The notes below the pieces were generated by a model. That model did not search any database. It had not been told where the DNA came from and saw only the letters and a list, made by a program, of their open reading frames with translations. A DNA stretch of 64,000 bases from Sphingomicrobium sp. (GTDB lineage Bacteria > Pseudomonadota > Alphaproteobacteria > Sphingomonadales > Sphingomonadaceae), in assembly GCA_035540475.1 (NCBI GenBank), contig DATLGK010000001.1:3989-67988 (forward strand), read 5' to 3'. Shown piece after piece: positions 1 to 10,060 of the stretch; within the stretch, counting starts at the first letter, position 1, and each line of letters starts with the position of its first letter. The translations under genes and the position numbers were made by a program.

Positions 1-205
1 CGATCACGGACTTCACGTTCTCGCGTGCCACGAGATTGTTGATGACGTCGGCCTTGAAGCGCGCCAGCCGCCCGTACGACCCCGACCCCGAGCTTAGCCC
101 GGCCCGATAGCGCCGTTCCCAATATTGACGGGAATCGACTTTGGGGAGGCGATTTCGCACCGCCACGACCAACGGCCTGAAAAGCGTCTTCAGCTGCTCT
201 TTCAC
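1..205 (-). CDS. Class I SAM-dependent methyltransferase of the EPS cluster (5' part; runs off the window start)
   Basis: Not in the ORF track. Manual translation from GTG 205 (GTGA overlap with the upstream stop) gives MKEQLKTLF...SRQYWERRYRAGLSSGSGSYGRLARFKADVINNLVARENVKSVI, the typical N-terminus before motif I in polysaccharide-cluster methyltransferases. Confidence 0.7.
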   Translation of the reverse strand, partial: MKEQLKTLFRPLVVAVRNRLPKVDSRQYWERRYRAGLSSGSGSYGRLARFKADVINNLVARENVKSVI

Positions 206-1095
206 CTGCCCTGTCCTTGCACTCGGATCGGATTGCCGAATGCCTCTTCGAGCATGCGGATCTGGCGGTCATTGCCGCCGAAATTGTTGGTCGCCGCGAG
301 CGAATTCTCCAGCGGGAGCGGCCACATGACCGTCCGGGATCTTCGCCCCACCACCTTCGACCTGGTTCCCGCGAGCCGCGCCATCCAATAGAACCAGAGG
401 TCATCGGCGGTCGGGCTTAGCGTCTGGAACAGGGACCTGTCGGTGACCCTGGGGTCGAGGGCACCGGGGGGAAACAGGGCTCCGGCTCCACTGGTCGCAA
501 GGATGTCCGCAGAGGGCTTGCGCGCCGCGTCATCCCACACTTCCCAACCCCAGGACGCATAAGGCGCGATCCGACCCTTGCTGTCCTCTTTCACGCGGTG
601 CGCTCTTCGCGCGAGGATTGTTCGCCGGTCCCCGTCCCAGGCTTCCGCGAGCTGCTCGAGCCAGGTCGGCTCATAATAAAGGTCGTCGTCGGCCGTGACG
701 ATGAAGGCACCGGGCTCGGCCTCGATCGCGGGAACGAGCTTCTTGTAGGACTTGAGGTCTTCGCACGTTCGGATGGTGATCCCGCGACCCTGCAGACGGA
801 GTATGTTTTCCGGCAGTTTAGGCATGTCCTGGTCGGCAATCCACAGCACGATCTCGTCGGGCATGATGGTCTGCTCGAGGAGGCTGTTGAGCGTAAGCTC
901 AAGGGTTCCGAAGCGCGGCGGGTAAGACGTCAGCGATACGATCATCCGCCCGGGCAATGGGTGCGGCTTGCGTTCGCCGCCGCGGCGCCGGCGACGCGCG
1001 GCGAGCACGACGAGGCGCACGTGCCACCACTGCAGCTCGCGCAGGAGTGAGCGTGGAAAAATGCTTTTGAGTGCGGACTTGAGCGCCGTCTTCAT
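202..1095 (-). CDS. Glycosyltransferase (GT-A/GT2-like)
   Basis: IVSLTSYPPRF, SYKKL, IVTADDD (DxD) and DDLWF motifs; coupled to both neighbours by 4-nt overlaps. Confidence 0.8.
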   Translation of the reverse strand: MKTALKSALKSIFPRSLLRELQWWHVRLVVLAARRRRRGGERKPHPLPGRMIVSLTSYPPRFGTLELTLNSLLEQTIMPDEIVLWIADQDMPKLPENILRLQGRGITIRTCEDLKSYKKLVPAIEAEPGAFIVTADDDLYYEPTWLEQLAEAWDGDRRTILARRAHRVKEDSKGRIAPYASWGWEVWDDAARKPSADILATSGAGALFPPGALDPRVTDRSLFQTLSPTADDLWFYWMARLAGTRSKVVGRRSRTVMWPLPLENSLAATNNFGGNDRQIRMLEEAFGNPIRVQGQGR

Positions 1096-3383
1096 GTTCC
1101 CGGCAATCGTCCGGCCTCGATTGCCGATGATGCTCCCGCGATCACCGCTCGGCGGGTAACCTTGCGTCCTCCCGCTGCTACGTTCGCCCAGCAGTCCTGA
1201 TACGCGGCTGCCATGGTCTTGAAGGAGAAGTGCCGAACGATCCGCTCACGGGCCGCGGAGCGGCGGTTGCTCCAGCGGTCCGCATGATCCTGCCATTCGT
1301 CATGCGCATCGACGAGCGCCGAAGCCAACCAGTCCGTGTCACCCGGCGGAACGATCCAGCCGGTCGAGCCGACCATCAGCGCGCAGGCGCCGACATCCGT
1401 CACGACGTTGGGGACGCCGGACAGCATCGTCTCGGCGACGACATTGCCGAAACCTTCGCTGGCGCTCGGGAAAGCATGCACGTCGAAAGCCTGAACGACG
1501 CGCGGCAGGTCGAGCCGCTTGCCGAGCAGCACGATGCGATCCGCGAGTTCGAGGCTGCGGATGATCTCCTCGATCTCCTGGTTCCGCGCATCCAGCTGCG
1601 CCCCGACCAAGACGAGTTTGAGGTTCACGCCCCGCTGGACCGCGATTTTGGCCGCGCGCAAAAGGCTGGGGACGTCCTTGTAAATGTCCCAGCGCGTGAC
1701 TGCCCCAACGACGAAGCAGTCATCGCCGAGCGCGAGTTCGTTGCGGACCTCCGTCCTCGCGATCGAATCCCGGCGGAATTGGTCAGGATCGAAACCGTTG
1801 GAAATGACCTTGAGCCGCGCGCGTCCATAGCCCGAATTGGCGTGGATTTCGGCGGCCCGCTCCGAAAGCATGACGACCACAGAGGGGATCAGGCCCGACA
1901 ACCACCCGCCGACACGCGCCCACAGGCGCGACCCGAACTTCAGCAAGTGGGGCGAGGAACAACGAATGTTCCAGACCACCCGCGCACCGGCAAAACGCGC
2001 GGCGATGCCGCCAACGAGATTGGCGTGATACATCCAGCACTGAACGACATCAGGCTTCGCCTTGCTGATCAACCGGCGGAGCCGAAACCATCCAGTGACG
2101 GCGGAAAACGCGGACTTAATGTCGAGGTGGTGCACTCGAATGCCGCGCTGTTCGAGCAGCGGGCTGTACCAATCGCGACCGCCAAGCACGATCACCTCAT
2201 GCTCGGCGTCCGCGGCGCCTTGAATGACCCGAAAGAGCATGGTCTCCGCGCCGCCGAGCTGCATCCCGGTGATGACATGGGTCACGCAAAGCGGCCGCGC
2301 AGGGATGGGCCGCTCGGCGGCAGCCCGTTCAACCACCTCCCGGAACAAGGCAATGACCCGGGGCGCCTGTGACTGCAGCGAATAATGCGAGACCGCACGC
2401 TCGCGCCCGGCTGCGCCCATCGCCGAGCGTAGCTGTGGGTCGCCGACGAGCTTGAGCAGCGCCTCCTCCCACTGCTGGGGCAGCTCTGCAAAAATGCCCG
2501 AGCCAGGGGTCAATATGCTGCGGTTCGCGCCAACCGGCGACGCGATCACCGGAACGCCGCATGCCATATATTGGATAAGCTTGTAGCCGCTCTTGCCACG
2601 CTGGAACGGGGCATCGACGAGCGGCGCGATTCCGATGTCGAAACCCTGCACTTCGCGGATTTCGAACTCTTCCGACCAATCGACCAGCTCCATGGCCGCC
2701 ATGCGGTCGCGCTCCGCCTGTACGCCGGCCCCGACCACTCGAAAGCGCGCTCCTGTCGCATCGCAAACCCGATTGATGACGGGAAGGACCGGCCGAACAT
2801 TCTCCCAGGTCGAGGGTGAACCGATCCAGCCGATTGTGGGCGGCAAGCCCGGGACGCGGCCCTCCGGGCGGTACTTGTCGGTGTCGACCACAGTCGGCAC
2901 GATCAATATCGTCGGGCAATAGGGCGCCGCGTGGTCCCGTAGATAATCGTTGGCCGCGATCACGGCATCGGCGCCCGCCATCAGCTTTTCAATCTTGCCG
3001 GAAAGCAGCCGGCGCACCGGGCTTCCGGAGCCGTTGTAGGCGAGGAAGAAAGCGTCGTCATAATCATAAACCACTGGCGCACCCGAGCGGAGAACTAGGC
3101 GGTCGAAGGACGTAGGCAAGTAAGGGAAGAGATCCGCATAAACCCAGATCAGGTCGGCATCCTCTCGGCGGATCAGCTGCGCGATCCGCCGCGTGTAGGA
3201 CCGCAGCACGCCGAGCCGGGACCAATGCTCGCCGGTCGCGAGGCTGCGCACATAGTCATTGTCGAGGAGCGATCGGTGATCGACCTGGATGCCTGCCGCG
3301 GCAAGCGCCGGGATATATTGCAGCACCCGCTGTCGCGTGCTTGCCGCCTCCCGGTCGTACTTGGTGTAGGCAATCACGCGCAC
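1092..3383 (-). CDS. Fused tandem glycosyltransferase (two GT4/GT-B units)
   Basis: Unit 1 has IGWIGSPST and GKSGYKLIQYMACGVPVIASPVG. Unit 2 has HVITGMQLGGAE and EGFGNVVAETMLSGVPNVVTDVG. Confidence 0.85.
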   Translation of the reverse strand: MRVIAYTKYDREAASTRQRVLQYIPALAAAGIQVDHRSLLDNDYVRSLATGEHWSRLGVLRSYTRRIAQLIRREDADLIWVYADLFPYLPTSFDRLVLRSGAPVVYDYDDAFFLAYNGSGSPVRRLLSGKIEKLMAGADAVIAANDYLRDHAAPYCPTILIVPTVVDTDKYRPEGRVPGLPPTIGWIGSPSTWENVRPVLPVINRVCDATGARFRVVGAGVQAERDRMAAMELVDWSEEFEIREVQGFDIGIAPLVDAPFQRGKSGYKLIQYMACGVPVIASPVGANRSILTPGSGIFAELPQQWEEALLKLVGDPQLRSAMGAAGRERAVSHYSLQSQAPRVIALFREVVERAAAERPIPARPLCVTHVITGMQLGGAETMLFRVIQGAADAEHEVIVLGGRDWYSPLLEQRGIRVHHLDIKSAFSAVTGWFRLRRLISKAKPDVVQCWMYHANLVGGIAARFAGARVVWNIRCSSPHLLKFGSRLWARVGGWLSGLIPSVVVMLSERAAEIHANSGYGRARLKVISNGFDPDQFRRDSIARTEVRNELALGDDCFVVGAVTRWDIYKDVPSLLRAAKIAVQRGVNLKLVLVGAQLDARNQEIEEIIRSLELADRIVLLGKRLDLPRVVQAFDVHAFPSASEGFGNVVAETMLSGVPNVVTDVGACALMVGSTGWIVPPGDTDWLASALVDAHDEWQDHADRWSNRRSAARERIVRHFSFKTMAAAYQDCWANVAAGGRKVTRRAVIAGASSAIEAGRLPGT

Positions 3384-4582
3384 TAGCGCGGCACTCCGGC
3401 GAGCTCATCATAAATGCGATCATAAGCGGCAACGCCCGCTTCGACCGAGAATACCTGCTCGGCGACGGTGCGACATCGCGCCTGAATCCCAGCGTCGGCT
3501 GCCAGAGCGACAAGGCGTTCGAGGCCGCGAGCGATCTCCGCCTCCGAAAAACCGGTCAGCGCGACACCGACCTGCTGCCCCTCCAATATCGCCGCCATAT
3601 CGCCCACGCCCTCATTGCCCAGACAGGGTATGCCGCACCCGAGATATTCGGCAAGCTTGGTCGGGGCGCTCGCGATCTTGGAATAGGCCGGCTTGATGAT
3701 CGCCAGGCCGGCCGTCATGCGCGCGATGAGCGCCGGCATCGCCTCGTGAGGAGCCGATGTGAGCTCGATGGAATCGGCGCTGATCCCGTTTGCCGCCGCC
3801 CGGGCCCGGATCAACTCGTGTTCACCGCGATTGACGATCAAAAAGCGAGCGTCCGGTACGATCCGCCGCAGCACGCCAAAGCTGCGCATCATCTCGTCGA
3901 GCAGGTACCAGGTTCCCACAGCGCCGACATGGCCGAGGACGAAGGGCTTGCGTTGCAACGGACGCTGGACCCTGAAGCGATCAAGATCGGCGCAAGTCGG
4001 GATGACCGTAATCCGCACTGCCCGGTGCTGTGCACGCAATGATGTTTCGATGAGCGGAACCGACGCCTCAGTCAAAGTGACGATATGGTTGGCGCTGCGC
4101 AGCAACGCTTTTTCCGCGCGCTTCGCGGTTCGGTAGAGGAGTCCGTCCTCAGGCCATAGTCCGCCATCGACCCGCTCTTCGGGCCAGAAGCCGCGCATGT
4201 CGAAAAGCAATGCGGCGCCGCTAGCGCGCTTAGCTGCCAATGCCATCAGGCCCGCGACATAGCTGCGGGCGTGGATGACGCCGATATCGCCCGTCCTGGC
4301 AATCCGCGCCGCGGTCGCGCTGCCTGCCGCAATATCGAACGCGGTCGCAAGCGCCGACGGGCGTTTGTGATAGCGCAGGGGGTGCCAAACGATGCCCGCA
4401 TCCGCAATGCGGGCGGCGACTTGCCGGCGCGTCTCCGCGTCGCGCCAATCGGTCGCCTTCTCGAAGCTGATTAGATGAACCGCTCGCCGGGATGCCAGGC
4501 GCTCGAGATAGGCTAGAACCTGCGATTGCCCGAGCGGTTCGAGCATCCCGTCATAGCTGATGTAAAGGGATGTTTTGGTCAC
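3383..4582 (-). CDS. Glycosyltransferase family 4
   Basis: LGQSQVLAYL, HARSY, FDMRGFW, PTKLAEYLGCGIP. Confidence 0.85.
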   Translation of the reverse strand: MTKTSLYISYDGMLEPLGQSQVLAYLERLASRRAVHLISFEKATDWRDAETRRQVAARIADAGIVWHPLRYHKRPSALATAFDIAAGSATAARIARTGDIGVIHARSYVAGLMALAAKRASGAALLFDMRGFWPEERVDGGLWPEDGLLYRTAKRAEKALLRSANHIVTLTEASVPLIETSLRAQHRAVRITVIPTCADLDRFRVQRPLQRKPFVLGHVGAVGTWYLLDEMMRSFGVLRRIVPDARFLIVNRGEHELIRARAAANGISADSIELTSAPHEAMPALIARMTAGLAIIKPAYSKIASAPTKLAEYLGCGIPCLGNEGVGDMAAILEGQQVGVALTGFSEAEIARGLERLVALAADAGIQARCRTVAEQVFSVEAGVAAYDRIYDELAGVPR

Positions 4583-4654
4583 TGCGGCATCAGGCGACTG
4601 GCGAACCGCTTCGTTGCCACAGCGACCGCTCGCTCGGATGACGGCTTGCTGTCC

Positions 4655-5692
4655 TCACAGTGGGTAGAACTGGTACGGAATCCACAGCCGCGAGTGTTGC
4701 GCGAAATTCAGCCAGACGAACTGAATCGCCGCGGAATAGCCGACAATCGCCAGCAGGCCTGAAATTTGGGAGCGGCCAAGGCCTGCCGCCCGTGCGAGCA
4801 CGCCAACCTGAATCGGCATGATGTAAAGCGAAAGGCGATCCACGGCCGTGGTCGACGGAAAAACGGCAAGGAGCACGACGAAACCGAGGGCTGCTAAAGA
4901 GAAATTGCGCCACAATCGATATTCTCTCTCCGTGAAGCCCATCCGTCGACCAGCGACGAGAAAGACGAGCGCTGCAACGACGTTGAGAGAAACGCGGATG
5001 AACGCGCCCTGGGAGGACAGGCCTGATTCGATATAATTGGCAATCCGGGCATCGTCCTGGATGAATGCGCCATATAGCAGGTAGCCGACGGAGATAGTTA
5101 TCAGGACATTGATCGCGCGGTTTCTTTCGGCCGAAAGCGCAACGAGTGGAAAAACGATGGCCGCGGAGGCATGAAAGCTGGCAGCGGCCGCGCAATAAAC
5201 CGCGAAATTGAGTGTCGAAGCACCGCGAGCCTGCGCGGCGATACCGGCGAGAAGAATTCCGAGCGCGACGCCCTGGCGCGTATAGCCCATCCCGACGACG
5301 ATCACGATGTACGGAATAGCGATCGTCATCGCGAGCCAGGGCGAGGGCTGCACGCGAACGAACCTCAGAAGGCCCCAGCTGAATATGGCGCCACATATCA
5401 GGTTGACCGCCCAGAAGCCGAAGCCCTGATGAAACAGGATCCAGTTAAGCGCCTGGTAGGCGGGATCCCCGAACTCCAGCATCTTCCAGAAGCTGTAGCG
5501 GGGGGAAGAGTTGAAGATGATGTCGTAGGCGTACCAGTCAGCGCCGACCTTGTAGCGAAAGCCAACGACGAGAGCGATGATAACGGCGCCAAACGTTAGA
5601 AATGCAGGCGATCGCGGCCGCGCCGCAACCCCAGCGGGAGACGCGAAGACGCCGATAGCGAAATACAGGAACAGTAGCCAGTAGATGAGCAA
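4655..5692 (-). CDS. EpsG-family polysaccharide polymerase (Wzy-like)
   Basis: Polytopic membrane protein with GFRYKVGADW, RQGVA and FHASA motifs. Likely start TTG 5692 (MLIYW). Confidence 0.8.
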   Translation of the reverse strand: MLIYWLLFLYFAIGVFASPAGVAARPRSPAFLTFGAVIIALVVGFRYKVGADWYAYDIIFNSSPRYSFWKMLEFGDPAYQALNWILFHQGFGFWAVNLICGAIFSWGLLRFVRVQPSPWLAMTIAIPYIVIVVGMGYTRQGVALGILLAGIAAQARGASTLNFAVYCAAAASFHASAAIVFPLVALSAERNRAINVLITISVGYLLYGAFIQDDARIANYIESGLSSQGAFIRVSLNVVAALVFLVAGRRMGFTEREYRLWRNFSLAALGFVVLLAVFPSTTAVDRLSLYIMPIQVGVLARAAGLGRSQISGLLAIVGYSAAIQFVWLNFAQHSRLWIPYQFYPL

Positions 5693-5824
5693 GTGGCGCC
5701 CCGATTTACCAATGCCGGAAAACGGACCTCGGCACGGACATTGCGGCAATCCGCGCGCCGAGGCCTGGGCGAACCTGCCAGCCCAAGCGCGCCCTTGCAA
5801 TTGAGAGTGTTGACTTCAGAAAGC

Positions 5825-6772
5825 TTAAAGCCTGGCCAATCGAACCAGCCCCTCACTGTGTTCGGGGACGACGACGCGGAATCTGCGGTTCGCAAAGTCA
5901 ATCGAGACCTTCTTGAACGCGCGCATCGCATTCATGCCCAACAGGAGCGCGGGGCGCTGTTCGAGTTCAAGCTGTCGAAACGTGTGCGCGTCGGCGAATA
6001 CGACGACAAGGTTGGCGAGGGTCACCCCTCCAACTACCACCTTGGGCAGCGTGACGACCTCGCCTTGTACCTTGCCCCCCGTTACGGACTCGAGTTCGAT
6101 TGTGCCCGTGACGCGGAGTCGTTCCCCGACACGCAGCGCCTTGCGCAGCGCGGCATTTCCGATGGTCACTTGGGCGCCAGTATCAAGCACGACGGTGACC
6201 GGCCGACCGTCGGCCTTGGCTTCGCTGATGATGAGGCGGCCGTTACGCCGCCTGGCCTTGACGACGATAGCCCCAGCCTCGTCCCGCACCTCCGCGGCAG
6301 TCGAAGGCACCACTGACATCGTCTGAGCGACGAAATCGAAAACAACCCGTTCCTTGCTCAGAGAATCGACTCCCAAAATCCCGTCCGCGCCGATGTGTCG
6401 CGCGTTGAGTAGCGGCGCCTGTTGGATCGTGACCGGGCGGCTCGTGAGGCGAAGGTCTCGGATCACCGCGGTCGCGACCGAGGACGGCCCGCTTATGCTA
6501 TGCAGGCGCGCGTCTTGGCTCGGGCTGAGGTTGAGCCGGCCCGCAAGGTCGCGCGATATCGCGGTGCGATCCGCCCCCGTATCGACTAGGAAATAATAAG
6601 GGCCCGTGCCGGCCACGCTGACCGGAACCGTGAGCCGCTCATATTCCTCCGCCTTGAGCTTGAACTCTTCGGTTTGCTGGCTGTCCGTGCTTGGCGGACC
6701 AAGGGGCTGCGCGAGGGCCACGGATGCGTGTGCCAAAATCGCGGCTGCGAGCAATCGAATGGGGCCAATCAC
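5825..6772 (-). CDS. Secreted aspartyl protease with two retropepsin-like domains
   Basis: Signal peptide (ALA-Q); two DTGA catalytic motifs (LVDTGADR, VLDTGAQV) and GILG/LLGM closing motifs. Start estimated. Confidence 0.8.
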   Translation of the reverse strand: MIGPIRLLAAAILAHASVALAQPLGPPSTDSQQTEEFKLKAEEYERLTVPVSVAGTGPYYFLVDTGADRTAISRDLAGRLNLSPSQDARLHSISGPSSVATAVIRDLRLTSRPVTIQQAPLLNARHIGADGILGVDSLSKERVVFDFVAQTMSVVPSTAAEVRDEAGAIVVKARRRNGRLIISEAKADGRPVTVVLDTGAQVTIGNAALRKALRVGERLRVTGTIELESVTGGKVQGEVVTLPKVVVGGVTLANLVVVFADAHTFRQLELEQRPALLLGMNAMRAFKKVSIDFANRRFRVVVPEHSEGLVRLARL

Positions 6773-6919
6773 CGGCCGTCTCCTCTGTTGCAGGTTACGC
6801 CCGCGCTCGTCCCCGCGCAATGCGGAGGGATTTGAAACCAACTGGTAAGCCTTGGCCGGTATTTCTCGACGAAGAGTGGGGCCGGTTCGACGGAGGTCGG
6901 AACGGGGTAGCAACGAAGG

Positions 6920-7615
6920 TTGCCAGTAATTCTTTGTCGGAGCCCGCTCTTGAACTCACCGTCGGCCGAGATCACCCGCTACTCCTTAACGAGCCTTTCT
7001 TCCGGCCCCCAGCGCCGCTCAGGAGAGCGCCATCTGACCCTGCTGCGCGTCGGAGCGCTGACGATCGGCGATCGGCGCGAGCTTTGTCTCGTGCGCAATA
7101 TTTCGAGCAGGGGAATGATGGTCCGCGTCTTTTCCGCGCTCGTACCCGGCGAGGCGGTCAAGGTCGAACTCAAGCATGGAGACACAATGGATGGCGAAGT
7201 CCGTTGGGTCGATGGCCAGTCAGCGGGAATAGAATTCGCCCGGACAATTGATGTCCTGTCGCTAATTGCGCCTTCGCCGGGAGCCGATCAGCCGCGCATG
7301 CCACGCATCGAAGTAGATTGCGGCGCCTGGCTGCGACAGGGTGCCCACGTACAGCGAGCGCGCGCCAGGAACATTTCGCAGGGGGGCATCTGCCTTGATG
7401 TTCGATCACCGGTTGCCGCCGATCTCGAGGTGGTTGTCAGTCTTGCCGGGCTTGCACCCTTGGTTGGATCGGTCAGATGGTCGGGTGATAGCGTCTGCGG
7501 AGTGGCGTTTCATTCCCCGCTGCCCGTTGACGGGCTGATGGGCTTCCTGCGCGAACTCCAGCGACTGGCAGGCGATCGGCCAGATCCGCTACTCGCCAAC
7601 GCTTCCCAGCGGTGA
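6920..7615 (+). CDS. Tandem PilZ-domain protein
   Basis: RRSGER...NISSRG and PRMPR...NISQGG PilZ motifs. The true start may be near 6950. Confidence 0.8.
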   Translation: MPVILCRSPLLNSPSAEITRYSLTSLSSGPQRRSGERHLTLLRVGALTIGDRRELCLVRNISSRGMMVRVFSALVPGEAVKVELKHGDTMDGEVRWVDGQSAGIEFARTIDVLSLIAPSPGADQPRMPRIEVDCGAWLRQGAHVQRARARNISQGGICLDVRSPVAADLEVVVSLAGLAPLVGSVRWSGDSVCGVAFHSPLPVDGLMGFLRELQRLAGDRPDPLLANASQR

Positions 7616-8005
7616 GACGCTCATCCAGGTTTCGAGCATGCGCCTCTCGTACGGAGTGAGCGGACGGCAGGCCAATCCGGGACGTTTGAAGTCGAGTTGA
7701 GGCCTAGCGCGAGGTTTCGAGGCTGGGACATGCCGCAGCACGTCCTCGCGCTTCAACGGCTCGTCAAAGGCGATCCCTGCGAATCGTCCCTGGACCCAAA
7801 CGACGCGGCCCGCCCGGAACATGTCACCGCGGGCAAAACAGGTGTCAGATTCGGGGGAAGGGAGGCGATCGCCCTCGACCAGCGCCCCCTGTTCCGAAAG
7901 GTTACGAAGGCGCACAGGCATTGGGGTGCCCGCTACTTCCACGGTCGCCGTGAGCAGCATTGGCGATCGGCGCGATCGCCGCTTCGAAGGAATACTTTCG
8001 TCCAT
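7589..8005 (-). CDS. PilZ-domain protein
   Basis: RRSRRSP...RNLSEQG...GRVVW...GIAF. Start MDES at 8005. Confidence 0.8.
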   Translation of the reverse strand: MDESIPSKRRSRRSPMLLTATVEVAGTPMPVRLRNLSEQGALVEGDRLPSPESDTCFARGDMFRAGRVVWVQGRFAGIAFDEPLKREDVLRHVPASKPRARPQLDFKRPGLACRPLTPYERRMLETWMSVSPLGSVGE

Positions 8006-8033
8006 GGCCGCAGGCAAAGCTAAGCCGCGCGGG

Positions 8034-8048
8034 TAAACCATGGTTTAA
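8034..8048 (-). promoter_or_regulatory. Putative CtrA box
   Basis: Minus strand TTAA-ACCATGG-TTTA, one mismatch to TTAA-N7-TTAA, 28 nt upstream of the PilZ start. Confidence 0.55.
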
Positions 8049-8677
8049 CGGCGATGCAAAAGCAGCATCATGTTGTTGGCGGGCATCGGACGGGTCTCGA
8101 CCAGGCCGATGCCGCGCTGTCGCGCCGCGGCGGCGAAATCCTCAACTCGGCGTAGCCCCCACTGCGGGTTGCGACCGCGAAGATCGGCGTCGAAGGCGCG
8201 GTTGCTGGCCGCCGTCTCGACCCCGTCACTGACCCACGGGCCATAGAGGATCAACGGCGCGCCAGCGCGTAGAAGTCGCTGGGCCCCGTCAAGCAGGCCA
8301 AGCGCAGAGTTCCACGGACTGATGTGGACCATGTTGATGCTAAGCAGCACATCGGCCCTTGCGATCGGCCAATTGGGCTGGGATGCGTCGATTTCCAGGG
8401 GCGGGTTAAGATTGCCTAGGCTGACGCCGCTACGCCGCGCCGCAATCGAGGCCAGTGCATCCGCGTGGATATCGCTCGGCTGCCATTCGAGGTTCGGGAA
8501 TCGCTCAGCGAAGTAAACCGCATGCTCACCGGTGCCGCTCGCAATTTCGAGCACGAGGCCGCTGGCAGGCAACCAGTCGGACAGCACGTCGCCGATTGGT
8601 TCCCGATTACGGAGGGCGGCAGGGGCGGAACGGAGCGGCCCCGCAGCCGGCTCCTCGTAGAATCGCTGCGAGCTCAT
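8045..8677 (-). CDS. DUF938-family SAM-dependent methyltransferase
   Basis: RNREPI, VLEIASGTGEH, WQPSD, NMVHISPW, LYGP, MPANN. Confidence 0.9.
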   Translation of the reverse strand: MSSQRFYEEPAAGPLRSAPAALRNREPIGDVLSDWLPASGLVLEIASGTGEHAVYFAERFPNLEWQPSDIHADALASIAARRSGVSLGNLNPPLEIDASQPNWPIARADVLLSINMVHISPWNSALGLLDGAQRLLRAGAPLILYGPWVSDGVETAASNRAFDADLRGRNPQWGLRRVEDFAAAARQRGIGLVETRPMPANNMMLLLHRR

Positions 8678-9414
8678 TTGGGCACCGCGCGGATCGCCAC
8701 GGTGGGCGAGAGTAGCGGCGGCAGGCCCGCAAAAGGCAGTCCCTCGATCGACGCAATGTTGAAACGAGCGCCAATGGCCCCGATCAACTGTCGGTAATCG
8801 AAGCCCTTGTGCTCGCAGCGTCGTACTTTGTGCGTTTGTCCCAGCGTCGCAGCGACAGCTTCCTTCACCGAATAGTCGTCGGCGTCGCCGTAGCGCAGGC
8901 GCTTGAGGAGATATTTCGCGAGAAACACCGGACCCAATTCGTTCGGTACGGTGACCAGCAATTGCCCGGCTGTCACACGGGCCAGCTCGTCGAGGAAAGC
9001 AGGGAGCAACTCGGGCGGCAAATGTTCCAACGTCTCAAGAGACGCGGTAACGTCGAACTCTCTGTCCGCAAACGCGCGCAGCGCCTTCGGATCGGTTGCC
9101 TCGAGGAACGTCGCTCCGGCCACGCCGGCATACTTCCGGCGAGCGAGGTCGAGGCCTCCCTCCCAATTGGCATCGATACCGACATAATCGGCTACTTGCG
9201 GCCGGATATGGTCGAACAGTCGACCATCGAAGCAGCCGAGCTCCAGCACCTTGAGGCCGTTGCCGCAGTGGGTCCTGACCTGCTCCTCCGCCCATTTGAA
9301 CCGCGCCAGATGATAGAAGCTGCGCAGACCCGCGGCATCGAACAATCGTTCGTTGTAGCCGGGTTTCGCCGCTTCCTGTCCAGGAGTCGCAGGAGTGGGC
9401 TCTTGCTCAGGCAC
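8674..9414 (-). CDS. Class I SAM-dependent methyltransferase
   Basis: VLELGCFDG motif I, ETLEHL, LVTVPNE. Likely start GTG 9414. Confidence 0.8.
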   Translation of the reverse strand: MPEQEPTPATPGQEAAKPGYNERLFDAAGLRSFYHLARFKWAEEQVRTHCGNGLKVLELGCFDGRLFDHIRPQVADYVGIDANWEGGLDLARRKYAGVAGATFLEATDPKALRAFADREFDVTASLETLEHLPPELLPAFLDELARVTAGQLLVTVPNELGPVFLAKYLLKRLRYGDADDYSVKEAVAATLGQTHKVRRCEHKGFDYRQLIGAIGARFNIASIEGLPFAGLPPLLSPTVAIRAVPK

Positions 9415-10057
9415 GCTCCTCGGCCTCCGCGAGCGGCTTAGGGTCCCACTCGAACCTCCATACGAACAGCCCGATCGTGAAGGGAAGCGTGGCATAAGGA
9501 AGCGGCGACCAGCGCTCGGTCGCGCCGAACAGCGCAAGAACGAGAGACAGAACGCCGGTCAGCGTCAGGATCGACCAGATGATGATCTCGCCTCGAAGCG
9601 CGTTGCGATCGAGAGCATCGAGATCCGGGTTGCGGCGGGCATCGGCAAAGAGCGCCGTCAGCGTTGCGGCCATGGCCACGAAGCCCGCCCCGTAGACCGC
9701 AAACAGCTGGCCGATCCCGCCTTTGAATGCCCCGACTTCTGCGCCGAGATGTGCGCTTAGCGACAGGGCCACGGCCTGCAGGGGGCGCACGTAAATGAGG
9801 ACCAGGAAAATGAGAATGAAAGTGAGGAGCACAGAGCGGGCGTCGCCATGGCCGCGGTAGCGGCGCCAGCGCACGTGGGTGAACCAGAACATGGCGATGA
9901 TCGCAAAACCGATCGCGAAGGCCGGCACCTCCGCCATCGCCGATCGCAGCTCGGCGAAATCGGTCGGGACATCGCCGCGCCCGATCACCAACAGGGTCAA
10001 CGCAAAAGCGAAGGCGGCATCCGTGAATCCGTCCAGCCGTTTGGTCACCCCTTCCAT
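9407..10057 (-). CDS. TMEM175/DUF1211-family potassium channel-like membrane protein
   Basis: N-terminal RLDGFTDAAFAFALTLL (RxxxFSD-type signature), WxxH, about 6 TM helices. Confidence 0.8.
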   Translation of the reverse strand: MEGVTKRLDGFTDAAFAFALTLLVIGRGDVPTDFAELRSAMAEVPAFAIGFAIIAMFWFTHVRWRRYRGHGDARSVLLTFILIFLVLIYVRPLQAVALSLSAHLGAEVGAFKGGIGQLFAVYGAGFVAMAATLTALFADARRNPDLDALDRNALRGEIIIWSILTLTGVLSLVLALFGATERWSPLPYATLPFTIGLFVWRFEWDPKPLAEAEERA

Positions 10058-10060
10058 CGC

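Noticed and set aside
6899-6921. GGAAC...GGTT as an EcfG promoter for the PilZ gene
   Set aside because: The spacer is only 14 nt (16-17 expected).
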